64,000 nucleotides of DNA from an uncultured Methanosarcinaceae archaeon (GCA_963721455.1 CAVRJG010000033.1:98883-162882); one strand, 5' to 3'; positions 10,067 through 21,465 are shown, numbered from the stretch's first letter. A program made the numbers and translations. The notes: a model not told the origin generated them from the sequence alone.

Positions 10067-10289
10067 GCGTGTTCCTCAAAAGTCTTTGAAATCAATAAAT
10101 ATAGAGCGATCGGGTTTGATCTTTTTAAATGCGGGATAATTCCGTAGATGAATAATTTGCAGCAGTAAAGGCAGTAACCATAAATAAGACCACCGATATA
10201 CTGGACTTTGCGGCGATGATGAAAGTTACCCCGACTGAGCAAAAGATGATGAGAACAATTTCCTGATGCCGCACCTTTCACCTATTTTC

Positions 10290-10378
10290 CGATTTACTTT
10301 ATTTTCCAGTTTACTTTATTTTTCATCTTACCCTATTTTCCAGTTTACTTTATTTTTCATCTTACCCTATTTTCCAGT
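10290..10378. repeat. 34-bp tandem repeat (about 2.5 copies)
   Basis: TATTTTCCAGTTTACTTTATTTTTCATCTTACCC repeated. Confidence 0.75.
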
Positions 10379-10436
10379 ACTAACTTCAGGGCAGATTTAA
10401 AAGCTTTTATCTGCCTGCAAACCAAATTCCATAGGG

Positions 10437-10838
10437 GTGTTAAACACGAGCCAGTACGAGCTGAATGAAATTATACAAAAAATAAAGAATAAAAGCCTGT
10501 TTGAGTTAAAGGACAATGAACGAAGCAGACCCTGGAGTTTAAGAGTTATCATAAGCAAACTGTACTACTCACTGGACTATGAAAACGAACCTCAAGCCAC
10601 CAGGCAAAAAGTAACTCAGCTTCTTCTTCACCATGGACAGTTTAGCAGGAAAGAGATCGATGAGATCTTTCAATCGTCAGCAAAGGGAACTACTGCTTAT
10701 TCAATGGAATTTCTAAAGCAGCACCCTGAAGTTGCAAAGGCTGAAGCCCTGAAAAGTAAAGAGTTTCCTGATGAAATCGAAGAAGAGGAAGGAGAAAAAC
10801 TCAAGGAAATAAAATATATCTTTCCGCATTACGGTTGA
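10437..10838 (+). CDS. Hypothetical protein
   Basis: 133-aa ORF with AGGG before the GTG start, protein-like composition, no competing ORF. Confidence 0.6.
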   Translation: MLNTSQYELNEIIQKIKNKSLFELKDNERSRPWSLRVIISKLYYSLDYENEPQATRQKVTQLLLHHGQFSRKEIDEIFQSSAKGTTAYSMEFLKQHPEVAKAEALKSKEFPDEIEEEEGEKLKEIKYIFPHYG

Positions 10839-11235
10839 ATGTCCACAGCCGATCTTTTTCAATAAGATGGCAAATTAAACAAAATCGAGAACCGGAAAAT
10901 GGATAGTCAGACCAACGGGTAGATTGACAGAGAAAACTAACCGAAAATACCTTATTTACGTGGTTTCTGTGAAGGATAATAGTGTTTTATAGAAACTCGC
11001 AGTGAATTACCTTTCACGGAAAGAGTATTACCAATTTTATAATTATGATTTGATATTAGAGCCGTGACCAGCTCGTAAAAAACAATATAGAGCCTGATAA
11101 ACTCCCTAACCAATGAAAGATAATCTTTATATCTATTGACCGCTAATTTATATGCTCACGTCTAATGATATAATAATATGTATCAGAATATAATATCTCA
11201 AATCTATTCAAATAGTCAAGATAATATGAGAAATT

Positions 11236-12231
11236 ATGAAAGGTACTGATGGTAAAAGTACAGATATCCTCTATGATTCAGAGGAGAAGGAGAATACCAG
11301 GTATTCTCAAGCAGCTTATGTCACAAAAGTTTCGATGGTTTTAAACTTTTCATTGACAGGTTTTAAGTTTGCGGCTGGGATTCTGGGTAATAGTTCGGCA
11401 ATGGTTGCTGATGCGGCTCATTCCCTGTCCGATTTCATAACCGACATCGCGGTAATTGTGGGTTTAAAAGTTGCCAAAAAACCGAGAGACAGTACGCACA
11501 ATTACGGACACGGAAAAATTGAGACCTTAGCTGCAGCGTTTACAGGGCTTGTGCTTGCTGCAGCAGCTTTTGGAATTTTCTGGGGCGGCCTTCAGAAAAT
11601 CATTGTTTTTTTCCAGGGAGAGATGCTGCCAGCGCCAAGCAAAATCGCTCTTGTTGCGGCAATCCTCTCAATTGTGTTAAAAGAGTGGTTGTACCGTTAC
11701 ACGATAGTGCATGGCCGAAAACTCAAGAGTGAAGCACTGATCGCAAACGCCTGGGAACATCGTTCGGATGCCTTCTCTTCGATAGGAACCATGATAGGGA
11801 TAGGAGGCGCAATCCTTCTTGGAGGTAAGTGGGCGGTACTCGACCCGGCAGCCGCGGTTATATTGAGTTTCTTTATCTTCAAGGTGGCATTCGAGATCTC
11901 GTATAAAAGCCTTAATGAGCTTCTGGAAACGTCACTTGATTCGGAAACCTACAGAAGTATTGAAGAGATTCTGATTTCCACTGAAGGAGTTTTAGGCTTC
12001 CACGAGCTAAAAACCCGAAAAATAGGGAATGCCATGGCAGCAGATGTCCATATTGAGGTTGACCGGGATTTGAATATCGTGGATGCACATGAAATCTCAA
12101 CGCAGATCGAAAACAGGTTAAAGGAAATCTGCGGCAAAAACGGTCACTTCTCAATTCATGTGGAGCCGTGCTCTGATTCCGAATATTATAACCCGAATAC
12201 GTCCAGGGCAAATACCAGAATCAGGTCATAA
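11236..12231 (+). CDS. Cation diffusion facilitator (FieF-like) transporter
   Basis: ADAAHSLSD, HNYGHGKIE, HRSD and C-terminal IHVEP motifs. Confidence 0.93.
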   Translation: MKGTDGKSTDILYDSEEKENTRYSQAAYVTKVSMVLNFSLTGFKFAAGILGNSSAMVADAAHSLSDFITDIAVIVGLKVAKKPRDSTHNYGHGKIETLAAAFTGLVLAAAAFGIFWGGLQKIIVFFQGEMLPAPSKIALVAAILSIVLKEWLYRYTIVHGRKLKSEALIANAWEHRSDAFSSIGTMIGIGGAILLGGKWAVLDPAAAVILSFFIFKVAFEISYKSLNELLETSLDSETYRSIEEILISTEGVLGFHELKTRKIGNAMAADVHIEVDRDLNIVDAHEISTQIENRLKEICGKNGHFSIHVEPCSDSEYYNPNTSRANTRIRS

Positions 12232-12450
12232 AAGTTGAAAACTCTCTTTAAGTTGAGAACTCTTTATATTGAACGTTTAAAGATGTTCAACAGATACTCA
12301 ACTGATTATCCGAATACAAGATTCAAGAAATCGAAGTTTGAGCCGGATAAGCCCGGAAATTTAATAGAAAAGAATTCAAAAAAGAAAAGACTGCGAGTTT
12401 CTCCCGCAGTCTGACATTACATCAAAAGTTATATTTCTGCTCTCGAACGA

Positions 12451-12912
12451 TCACTCGATAGGTATTTTCTTTGAGGGTTCTTCCAGTTTCATTTTCGGAA
12501 GCGTTATTGTCAGGACACCGTTTTCTATTTTTGCAGTGCTTCCCTCTTCCTTAACGCTTGTAGGCAGGCGGACTGCCCGATAAAAGCGAGTATATGCCCT
12601 CTCCCGACGCAGGTATCCTTCCTCTTCGGTTTCTTTTTCCTTCCCGCTCTTTGCACTGATCTCAAGCATATCTTCTTTAAGGTTAATTTCGACATCCTCT
12701 TTATTGATGCCAGGCAGGTCAGTAGTAACCACAAGCTTATCTTCTTCATCCTTAATGTCAATGGCAGGAGTGTATACCTTTCCGCCTCCCCATTGTTCCA
12801 TTGGCATGAAGTCTTCAAACAGCTGGTTCAGGCGCTCCTGCGTCCTTCTGATCTCTTCAAACGGATCCCAGTGTGCAGGTCCTGAAAATGATTTCTTAGC
12901 AGGCCATTTCAT
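12451..12912 (-). CDS. Small heat shock protein (Hsp20/alpha-crystallin)
   Basis: DLPGINKEDV, ERAYTRFYRAVRLP and AKIENGVLTITLPK. Confidence 0.95.
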   Translation of the reverse strand: MKWPAKKSFSGPAHWDPFEEIRRTQERLNQLFEDFMPMEQWGGGKVYTPAIDIKDEEDKLVVTTDLPGINKEDVEINLKEDMLEISAKSGKEKETEEEGYLRRERAYTRFYRAVRLPTSVKEEGSTAKIENGVLTITLPKMKLEEPSKKIPIE

Positions 12913-13143
12913 CTTAAATTCCCCCCTTAAGTAAAATTATAACACAGAAATAGAAGTGCTACTATGAATATATTGAGAAAGGATATATACATTTTCTTAG
13001 GTAATTTTACTAAAATGTAGCCACAAAAAAGAACGTGAATAACAAAAAAGAAATCCCCGAAAACCCAAAGCAGAGAGATTTCCGGGAAATTTAAAGGAAG
13101 CTGGACAGCTAGGAGCATCAAATGGCGAACCAGAAAAATGCAG

Positions 13144-14358
13144 TTATTTATCCCTTACAAGCATTCCTATAAGGTCCGAAGCTTTTACGAGACCCAAAGA
13201 ACCTTTTTTAACCGATTCCTCATCAAAAGCCTCTGTTCCATCAGGATCTGTTCTGTCGGTCCTGTAGACTGCAATAGGAATCGGGTCCCGTGTATGGGTT
13301 TTTAAGGAAATTGGAGTCGGATGGTCAGGCAGTATGAGAATCGTAAAGGGCTCATCTGAAGCTTCAGCATGTTTAAGGATAGGAGCTACTATTCGGCTAT
13401 CGAAATCTTCTACAGCCTTTAACTTTTTGTCAATGCTCCCTTCGTGTCCGGCTTCGTCCGGAGCCTCCACATGAACAAAGACAAGATCCCTGGTTTTCAG
13501 GATCTCAATGGCGGCACTGGCTTTTCCTTCATAATTGGTATCCAGATAACCGGTTGCTCCCGGAACCTCAATTACGTCCAGACCTGCATAAACTCCAATG
13601 CCTTTCAGAAGATCGACTGCCGAGATAATTGCTCCGGTTTTCCCATACAGTTCTCGAAACGACGTAAACTTTGGAGCATAACCCTGACCCCAGACCCAGA
13701 TTGAATTTGCCGGGTTCTTCTCCTCCTCGATCCTTTTCAGGTTAACTGGATGCAGTTCAAGAACGACCATAGATGCTTCGATTAATCCGGAAAAGAAATC
13801 CCCATCCTTTCCTCTCGGCAGGTATTCCTCCGCTTTCTTTCCTGTAATATCATGCGGTGGAGTACATTCTGTTTCAGCCCCCAGATTATTTCTGGCGACC
13901 ATCAGGTGCCTGTAGCTGATTCCCGGATAAAAGCTCAGTTCGTCAGTACTGAGTTCCGTATCAAGAGTCTCAATGAGGATTTTGGCTTCCTCGCTGCTAA
14001 TATGCCCTGCACTGTAATCTTTTATCCTCCCATGTTCAATGGTTATAAGATTGCATCTGAAAGCCACATCATCGGCTGCAAGGGCCACGCCCATACTGGC
14101 AGCTTCCAGAGGAGCCCGCCCGGAGTAATATACTGCCGGATCGTATCCGAGAATGGACATATTTGCGATATCACTTCCAGGAGAAAATCCATCAGGTATG
14201 GTCTTTGCAAGCCCGGTTTTTCCGTGAGCTGCGATATAATCCATGGCAGGGGTTCGGGCTGCCTGGAGAATGGTCTTGCCACCCAGTTTTTCTATCGGGT
14301 AATCAGCCATTCCGTCTCCTATAAGTACGGCGTATTTCATTGCTTCACCTATCTCCAA
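13144..14358 (-). CDS. apgM: Cofactor-independent phosphoglycerate mutase, archaeal type
   Basis: [23 protein letters not shown] and PDHPTP motifs. Confidence 0.92.
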   Translation of the reverse strand: MEIGEAMKYAVLIGDGMADYPIEKLGGKTILQAARTPAMDYIAAHGKTGLAKTIPDGFSPGSDIANMSILGYDPAVYYSGRAPLEAASMGVALAADDVAFRCNLITIEHGRIKDYSAGHISSEEAKILIETLDTELSTDELSFYPGISYRHLMVARNNLGAETECTPPHDITGKKAEEYLPRGKDGDFFSGLIEASMVVLELHPVNLKRIEEEKNPANSIWVWGQGYAPKFTSFRELYGKTGAIISAVDLLKGIGVYAGLDVIEVPGATGYLDTNYEGKASAAIEILKTRDLVFVHVEAPDEAGHEGSIDKKLKAVEDFDSRIVAPILKHAEASDEPFTILILPDHPTPISLKTHTRDPIPIAVYRTDRTDPDGTEAFDEESVKKGSLGLVKASDLIGMLVRDK

Positions 14359-14745
14359 CTGTTTTACTCTTTCATCTCTGGAATAAAATATATTACTTTC
14401 TACCAGATACCGATTACCGGCATTTTATCGGGCATCTGCCAGCAGGTTTTTCTGCTGATGCAGAGATCTTAATTTCTACACTCTTTTTACACAAACATTA
14501 TAATATAGTATCCATATCCTATACAGAACAGGTTCTCAGCATAAAATTATTAAGTAGCGAAAGAGCCGACATATAGCTTTCTCGACAAAAGAAACCATTT
14601 TATTGAGATGCAATCTGCAGATATTCCCGGATAAGAATGAATATCAATCCGGAATAATTTTTGAAAATAATTAAAATTATTAAAATTAACAGTTTAAGAA
14701 GAATGATGTGAGAGTAACCAGTTAATGCCAAAACGTGATCCGATC

Positions 14746-16164
14746 ATGAAAATTGTAATGAAATTTGGAGGAACTTCCATTGGGGACGGAAAAAAAATCC
14801 GTCATGTTGCCCAGCTTCTGAAAAGGTATCATGAAGAAGGCAACCAGATCGTGGTAGTAACCTCGGCGCTCGGTGGAGTAACCGATGGGCTTCTGGAAAA
14901 TGCATTCCTTGCCTCAAAAAAAGGCAAAGTTGCCCTTGTGAAAGAGTTTAAAACCGAAATTATAAACAAACACCATGAAGCCGTGAATGATGCCATTGAT
15001 GACCCCACAGTTGTAAAAGAAGTTCTCCAGACTCTTGACCTTCGCATTGACGAGCTCGAAAAAGCCCTGATCGGAATCTGCTATCTGGGCGAGCTTACTC
15101 CAAGGTCCATTGACTACATTTCCTCTTACGGAGAACGCCTGGCTGCTCCGATTGTGTCAGGAGCTGTCCGTTCTCTTGGAATCGCGTCAACAGAATACAC
15201 AGGTGGAGAAGCAGGGATCATAACCTCATCGGATTACGGAAATGCCAGGCCCCTGGAAAAGACCTACGAACTTGTGGAAAAGAGGCTTGGGTGCAGGCTC
15301 GGCCCCCAGATTCTCGTGGTCACGGGATTTATAGGAGAAAATGAGGACGGGATTATTACCACTCTGGGAAGAAGCGGGTCTGACTTCACAGCTTCCATCC
15401 TGGGAGCGGCCCTGAAAGCCGATGAGATCTGGCTCTGGAAAGAAGTGAACGGGATCATGACTACTGACCCGAGAATAGTGCCAGAGGCAAAAACTATCCC
15501 GCAAATTTCCTATGCTGAAGCCATGGAACTCTCTTACTTCGGGGCAAATGTACTCCACCCGCGCACGATTGAACCTGCAATGCGCGAACACATTCCTGTG
15601 CGTGTCAAAAATACTTTTGACCCGGAGTTCCCTGGCACGCTCGTTGTTGCGGAGAAGTTCCAGTGCAGGCATGTTGTAAAAGCCGTAAGCCTGATCAAAA
15701 ACGTGGCTCTCATTAATATTGCAGGCGCAGAAATGGCCGGAACAGTCGGGACTGTAGCAAGGCTCTTTACAACTCTTGCGAAGGCAGGCGTTAACGTTGT
15801 TATGATCAGCCAGGGCTCTTCCGAGTCTAATATATCTTTCGTGGTCAGTGAGGCACATGTGGAGCCAGCATTAAAAGCCCTCCATGAAGAGTTCAACCGC
15901 GAAATCGTAAAAGAGATTACTTCGGACAGAAATGTCTGCGTAGTTGCAGTCGTGGGTGCGGGTATGGCAGGGACTCCAGGCGTGGCAATGCGGGTCTTCG
16001 GAGCGCTTGGGAATTCAATGATTAATATTATCATGATCAGCCAGGGCTCTTCTCAGTATAATATCTCTTTCGTGGTGCGGGAAGATGACGCATTTGCCGC
16101 AGTCAAGACCCTGCATGATGAATTCGAATTATATAATGGAAACGGAATTGAAAAACAGCTATAA
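14746..16164 (+). CDS. Aspartate kinase
   Basis: MKFGGTS, TTLGRSGSD, DPRIV, two ACT domains with MISQGSS; an in-frame start at 14725 is also possible. Confidence 0.95.
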   Translation: MKIVMKFGGTSIGDGKKIRHVAQLLKRYHEEGNQIVVVTSALGGVTDGLLENAFLASKKGKVALVKEFKTEIINKHHEAVNDAIDDPTVVKEVLQTLDLRIDELEKALIGICYLGELTPRSIDYISSYGERLAAPIVSGAVRSLGIASTEYTGGEAGIITSSDYGNARPLEKTYELVEKRLGCRLGPQILVVTGFIGENEDGIITTLGRSGSDFTASILGAALKADEIWLWKEVNGIMTTDPRIVPEAKTIPQISYAEAMELSYFGANVLHPRTIEPAMREHIPVRVKNTFDPEFPGTLVVAEKFQCRHVVKAVSLIKNVALINIAGAEMAGTVGTVARLFTTLAKAGVNVVMISQGSSESNISFVVSEAHVEPALKALHEEFNREIVKEITSDRNVCVVAVVGAGMAGTPGVAMRVFGALGNSMINIIMISQGSSQYNISFVVREDDAFAAVKTLHDEFELYNGNGIEKQL

Positions 16165-16186
16165 AGCAAGCAGGGAGGGGCAAAAA

Positions 16187-17188
16187 ATGAGCGAAAGGCA
16201 CTTAACATACGCGGATTCAGGCGTGGATATTGCAAAGGAAGAAAAAACCGTCAAAACCCTTATCGAAAAACTCAGCTATGTTCGAAAAGGCATCGGAGCT
16301 CCCCTCACAGGAATAGGGCACTATGCAGGGCTCCTGGATTTCGGAGAATATACTCTTGCCCTGACAACGGACGGGGTAGGCTCAAAAGTTCTTATTGCAA
16401 ACGAAATGCAGCGGTGGAACACAGTCGGAATAGACTGTATCGCAATGAACGTTAATGACCTTCTGGCCATAGGAGCCGAACCTGTGGCCTTTGTAGACTA
16501 CCTTGCCCTGGAAAAGCACGAAGAAGGCTTTGCCGCCCAGATAGGAGAGGGACTGCTCAAAGGCGCTGAGATATCCAGGATGTCCATTGTAGGCGGAGAA
16601 ACCGCAACCCTGCCCGATATAATTAAAGGCTTTGACCTTGCAGGCACATGCCTTGGAATTGTCAAAAAAGACCAGGTTATTGAAGGAGGAAAAGTCAGGG
16701 TAGGTGATGTGATTGTCGGTATCCCCAGTACAGGTGTTCACAGCAACGGTTACACTCTTGTAAGGAAGATCGTTGAAGAAGCCGGATACTCTTACCATGA
16801 TCCCTGCCCCTATGACAGTTCAAAGACAATAGGAGACGAGCTCCTGGTTCCAACGAGAATTTATATTGAGATCCTTGATGTCCTGAAGGCGTGTGAAGTC
16901 CATGGGCTTGCACATATAACAGGCAGCGGGCTTCTGAAACTGAGAAGGGTGACAAAACTCGGCTTTGACTTTTACGATCCTCTCGAGCCCCAGGAGATTT
17001 TCAGATTCCTGCAGAAAGAGGGTGGAGTCGAAGAGCTTGAGATGTACAGGACCTTCAATATGGGCATGGGCTTTCTGATTATCCTGCCGGAAAAAGATGC
17101 TGCAAAAGCTGCAGAGATTACCGGCGGAAAAATCGTAGGAAAAATCGTGGAAAGCGGAATCAGGGTAAGAGACCTGGTAATAGAGTAA
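16187..17188 (+). CDS. purM: Phosphoribosylformylglycinamidine cyclo-ligase (AIR synthetase)
   Basis: TYADSGVD, TDGVGSK, GGETA, HSNGY and FNMGMG motifs; start set at the ATG after GGAGGGG. Confidence 0.96.
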   Translation: MSERHLTYADSGVDIAKEEKTVKTLIEKLSYVRKGIGAPLTGIGHYAGLLDFGEYTLALTTDGVGSKVLIANEMQRWNTVGIDCIAMNVNDLLAIGAEPVAFVDYLALEKHEEGFAAQIGEGLLKGAEISRMSIVGGETATLPDIIKGFDLAGTCLGIVKKDQVIEGGKVRVGDVIVGIPSTGVHSNGYTLVRKIVEEAGYSYHDPCPYDSSKTIGDELLVPTRIYIEILDVLKACEVHGLAHITGSGLLKLRRVTKLGFDFYDPLEPQEIFRFLQKEGGVEELEMYRTFNMGMGFLIILPEKDAAKAAEITGGKIVGKIVESGIRVRDLVIE

Positions 17189-17291
17189 AAAGGTATAAAA
17201 CTCGATTTTAAAAGTCAACTTAGAGGAAAGGGTAAAACTCTTTTCCCCTATGTTGAAATTCTCTTATGTGATTTTAATTGCGGCTAACTTC

Positions 17292-17672
17292 TTAAGTCTC
17301 ATTTTTCCATAAATCCTGATAGCTGGCTGAGGACGCCTTGGGGCTCTCAAAAGATTTGCCTTTCTTTAATGATGCCGTTCCCTTTCCCTTCTCTGTCTCT
17401 CTGAGCCGATTGATCTCTTTTATGCTGTCCTCGTTTTCTATACTCAGAACAAAACTTCCATGACAGGGTTTTGTAAAAGGAAAAATCAGAGAATTACCTT
17501 TAGCCCCCACAGCAATGGGCGGTATTCCTATTATATAGTAGTCCTTGAAGATCTTGTATCCTGGAGGTACATAGTAAACCTCATCCGAATTTTTCTCAAT
17601 ATACTCTCTGGACTCCTTGAAACTTATCCTTTCCAGGAGGATCTCATATTTCATCTGCTCAATACAGCTCAT
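17292..17672 (-). CDS. DUF1894-like methanogen protein
   Basis: N-terminal MSC..YEILL and FTKPCHG motif; translationally coupled to the DUF1890-like gene. Confidence 0.7.
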   Translation of the reverse strand: MSCIEQMKYEILLERISFKESREYIEKNSDEVYYVPPGYKIFKDYYIIGIPPIAVGAKGNSLIFPFTKPCHGSFVLSIENEDSIKEINRLRETEKGKGTASLKKGKSFESPKASSASYQDLWKNET

Positions 17673-18136
17673 TTGGCTAATTCCTCCATCACCTTATCCA
17701 GCTTGTTCTTGAGCCGGATGGGATTATGAACGTCTTTTGCAACTATTTTCTCACCGTCGAACTCGATGGCTTCTGCTAGAGCCTCAGCGTTCTTGCCAAA
17801 AACAATGGAGTACATTTTGGCCTGAGAAATGGCGCTCATTGTCGTTGCAAAAGTCATTCCGGAATCGTTATGCATAAAAGCGAAGCACATGTCGAAATCT
17901 AATCTTTTCTCAATAATATCCTCTAAGGTTTTATCGAGATTAACCATTTTTTTTACATAATAACCGTCGATATCGGAAACTTTCAAAAGCTTGATTACGG
18001 CATCATTCCCAGCAACAGTTACGTCAAATCCTGATTTATTTAGCTTATGGGAAAGATACAGGGCAATGCTGGTTTGAATTGGGACCTCAGGACATCCCAT
18101 CATAAGGAGCACTTTTAAGCCGGTCATACATTTCAT
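17669..18136 (-). CDS. DUF1890-like methanogen protein
   Basis: LLMMGCPEVPIQ, FAFMHNDSG and HNP motifs. Confidence 0.75.
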   Translation of the reverse strand: MKCMTGLKVLLMMGCPEVPIQTSIALYLSHKLNKSGFDVTVAGNDAVIKLLKVSDIDGYYVKKMVNLDKTLEDIIEKRLDFDMCFAFMHNDSGMTFATTMSAISQAKMYSIVFGKNAEALAEAIEFDGEKIVAKDVHNPIRLKNKLDKVMEELAK

Positions 18137-18612
18137 CTCTGATTATTCTATCTATAAGTATCTGTAAGGAGGGATAGAGTTATCCTTAATTTCAACTTTT
18201 GCAATTGTTATTCGACGGAAATCCTTGAAAACAAGAAAACTTTTTTATTCAACCATGTTCCCCACAGGTCCTCGTTTAAATCCTTCTAATATCGGATTTT
18301 AACCATTCTCATGTTATCACCAATTTATATATTAAATTTGTTGATATCAGTCTTAAAGCTGTTCAGTCTTCCAGGCTGAACCTTTATTCCTGCGAGTATT
18401 CCGAACACATAAACAAAAAGGTTGTAGAAGTAATTTGGATTAAATTAAGGATTTCTACCGAGCTCTATTTTCCTTTTTTCAAAATGAATTATCTATATAA
18501 TATTCCCTGCATAATTTTAACTTGCAGATTTAATTAGCGGCCATTTGAGGCAGTGACAGCTATCAGAATTTTTCTGGATTGATCTAAAGAAAAAACCATA
18601 AAAGGTACAAAA

Positions 18613-18915
18613 ATGGTATGTTTAAGTGGATATGATTATGAGATTCTCCTGAAGAACACAACTCTCAAAGAGTGTGAAAACATTATAAAGAAGCATTCGG
18701 AGGATGTATACCTTGTACCTGGCGGGTACAAAGTAAAAGGCCTCATCCTCATAGGCACAACTTCACCTGTTGGTTTTTCAGGGAATGATATTATATTTCA
18801 GTTCACAAAACCCTGTTTCGGCTTCTTTGTAATCAAACTGAAAAATGAAGCAGAAGAGATAAAGAAACTCAGGGACCAGTATAAAAAGGATAAAAATGTA
18901 AAGAAGATTAAATGA
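18613..18915 (+). CDS. DUF1894-like protein, paralog of 17292-17672
   Basis: MVC..YEILL, VYLVPGGYK and FTKPCFG align with the divergent paralog. Confidence 0.75.
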   Translation: MVCLSGYDYEILLKNTTLKECENIIKKHSEDVYLVPGGYKVKGLILIGTTSPVGFSGNDIIFQFTKPCFGFFVIKLKNEAEEIKKLRDQYKKDKNVKKIK

Positions 18916-18977
18916 GGGTTAACAACGCCATTGCCGCCTGTAGCTGTCTATTTTTCCCGAACGCTCTCTTTATGTTT

Positions 18978-19057
18978 ATTCTCCAGTTTTACTTAGGTTC
19001 ATTTTCTGGTTTTTATATATATTCTCCAGTTTTACTTAGGTTCATTTTCTGGTTTTT
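18978..19057. repeat. ~42-bp tandem duplication
   Basis: ATTCTCCAGTTTTACTTAGGTTCATTTTCTGGTTTTT occurs twice. Confidence 0.8.
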
Positions 19058-19662
19058 CAGGCTTTCACTTTTTTCGTACACGCAACCCTGCACTCAAAGA
19101 ACCCGGCTGCAGGCAGTTCATGTATTGTGGTTGCAACAATCATGCCTTCTCCAATTTCTTTTACGACCATGATGGGTCTGCCCCTATCATCTTCGAGCAC
19201 GATATCAGCATCGGTTTCTGAGAAGTATCCGTCACACCCTGCCGGAGCGACGATATTTTCCACAAGTTTTTGGGCATCATGTTCGCCCACAGGGTGAGGT
19301 GTGCATGAGTTTTCTTCCATTACGTACTTCAGAGAGAAAGGAAGCCATTCATATTCGTATTCCGGGACAAGAGGGCTGAAGACGAGCAGGGTCCCTCCTT
19401 TTGTCACAAATTTTTCAAGGGAACGTTTACCGCGTTCAAGCCCTGTACCTGTTTTTGTATACTGCTTATTTGCAAAACCGGTCGGCAAGACCAGAACCTT
19501 GCAGGCAGGAAGATAAGGAGTACCAAGGGATGTTGAGAGCGCCCGGCTGCATTCAAGCCCGTATTCCACAAACAGTTTTTCAAAAAGGAGAGGGCAATCC
19601 CACAGTAAAATTACGTCACTCATGAAAAGGGATAGGAAACTCCCACATATGAATGTATCCAT
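19057..19662 (-). CDS. Hypothetical protein, possible class I glutamine amidotransferase-like fold (true start probably MSDVILLW)
   Basis: LEKFVTKGGTLLVF and EIGEGMIVATT resemble GATase1-like domains. Confidence 0.65.
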   Translation of the reverse strand: MDTFICGSFLSLFMSDVILLWDCPLLFEKLFVEYGLECSRALSTSLGTPYLPACKVLVLPTGFANKQYTKTGTGLERGKRSLEKFVTKGGTLLVFSPLVPEYEYEWLPFSLKYVMEENSCTPHPVGEHDAQKLVENIVAPAGCDGYFSETDADIVLEDDRGRPIMVVKEIGEGMIVATTIHELPAAGFFECRVACTKKVKA

Positions 19663-19708
19663 ATGGAGAAAGAAATTAGAAAATCAAGACGATTAGGATT
19701 CCTATTCT

Positions 19709-20803
19709 TTATTCCGGAGAAATAGGGATGAAATTTAGGCCTTTCCCGAGTTCGAACAGGATCGTGTGGGGGCTGATAGTGACTGTAAAAGGATAGCCAA
19801 TTGACCTGAAAATGTTTGAATAATATTTTGTAAGGTATTCACAGACTTTTTTATCAGAATAATCATGAATAAGTTTCACATATTCCCGGCCCTTTTCCGT
19901 GCAAATTTCAATATCACTTCCTATGCCATCAGTCAGGTAAAGTTCTTTGAAAATCATAATATGCTCGGCAAGAGTGAAAGCTTCCGGAGGCTTGCCCACA
20001 GTCAATTCAAAATCTCTTACCATGTCAGCCACAGACGGGATATTCCCGGAAACAAAAGCCTCAAAAGTCTTTCTGTTTATGTTGAGCCGCTGGTAGTGCT
20101 GCTGTCTGTATATCTTGACAAGATTTTTCCAGAACTGCGGTTTTCTCTGGATTTCCCGGAAAGTGCCTTCCATTGACCCGAAGTGTTCTTCAAGCCCTTT
20201 AGGGACTTTTTGATAATCAAGAAATTCGAATCGTTTAAAGTAGACTTTTGTTACGTTTGACCTGCAGAACACTCCCTGAACATCCAGTTTCATCTGTTTT
20301 GCCAGATAAAGAGCCAGACCATGAGCCATTATTTCCCTGAAGCAGGGATTACCGTTTGAGAGAGTAAGGTTTGCAGTTTCGGGCTCTGGATCCTGACCGC
20401 ACTCTGCATCAACCTTAATTTTCCAGCCCATTTTCTCATTGAGCGCATTTATATAACTGACAACATCAGGAATTCTTTTAAATTTATAAGGGTTGATTAT
20501 TTCATATACAATTGATTCATCGATCAATAGCCCTGAAGTTTTTTTAATAAGCCATTCAAGCAGGGTGTGGTGAACAAGTAGAAATTCTTCTTCCTCAATT
20601 AATTTATTTCGGAACTCTGCATTCTGTGAAGCTTTACTTGAATCTGTTTCTCCGTTTTTACCCGTTTTCCCAGCCAGAGCCAGAGAGGCAGTTTCGATAG
20701 CATCCCTTATTGCTGCACTTAAGTTTCCGTTGTTTTTTTCCAGAAAGGGCTTTAATTTATCCACATAACACTGGTCAATAGAGATATTTTTTCGGACTAT
20801 CAA
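19709..20803 (-). CDS. Hypothetical protein with N-terminal ribbon-helix-helix-like segment
   Basis: 364-aa ORF, GGGAGGGG RBS before TTG; RKNISID...NLSAAIRDAIE pattern. Confidence 0.7.
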   Translation of the reverse strand: MIVRKNISIDQCYVDKLKPFLEKNNGNLSAAIRDAIETASLALAGKTGKNGETDSSKASQNAEFRNKLIEEEEFLLVHHTLLEWLIKKTSGLLIDESIVYEIINPYKFKRIPDVVSYINALNEKMGWKIKVDAECGQDPEPETANLTLSNGNPCFREIMAHGLALYLAKQMKLDVQGVFCRSNVTKVYFKRFEFLDYQKVPKGLEEHFGSMEGTFREIQRKPQFWKNLVKIYRQQHYQRLNINRKTFEAFVSGNIPSVADMVRDFELTVGKPPEAFTLAEHIMIFKELYLTDGIGSDIEICTEKGREYVKLIHDYSDKKVCEYLTKYYSNIFRSIGYPFTVTISPHTILFELGKGLNFIPISPE

Positions 20804-21130
20804 GCGGATCCCCTCCCCTGCCTTTTTGAAACCATAAGCTACTCAAATTTCCTTATATACACACATTTCCATTTTCGTAAACCAAATAATAGATTGGCGC
20901 TCATACTTCTTAATTTTTTTGCTAGACTGGGGCGCAAGAAAACGTATATTAAAGAGAAATAAATATGAGAACTGAAAAGAAAAAGCAATAGCATTAGAGC
21001 AGAGGAGAAATGCAGAGATAAAAAGTTAGGAGCTCCAAATGCAATGGATACATAATAAAAATATATATTATGCATATAAATTTAGAAGCAAATGTCTTCA
21101 GGAGAATATTTGAATAGCCGGAAGTGCCTG

Positions 21131-21465
21131 TTAACATACCCCTGCAAACTCGAAAATGATAAGATTTGATACGGTCCTGACCTTGAACATGTAGCCTGAT
21201 TCCCGGAAGAGTTTTGAAAAAAGCTCAACCAATTTGAGAACAACCTTTTCGTCGGAAAATTGACGTTTGATTTTCACATGCATTTTCCCGCCCTCGCTTG
21301 CTCTTTTAATATCACTTACACGCCGGGTGGCTGGAATTAGTTTTTTGCAGATAACCAACAGTTTGCAGAGAGGAATCGCCCGGATAGAGTTTTGCCTGCA
21401 AATGCTTCAAAAAAGCTTGTGATATCCGGAACCTCACCTGAAAGAAAAACTTCAGACACGTCTTT
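21131..21465 (-). pseudogene. Frameshifted 3' remnant of a paralog of 19709-20803
   Basis: Hand translation VFLSGEVPDITSFFEAFAGK / IPLCKLLVICKKL...VKIKRQFSDEKV...FSKLFRESGYMFKV aligns with AFVSGNIPSV...VGK...VKLIHDYSDKKV...YSNIFRSIGYPFTV. Confidence 0.65.
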
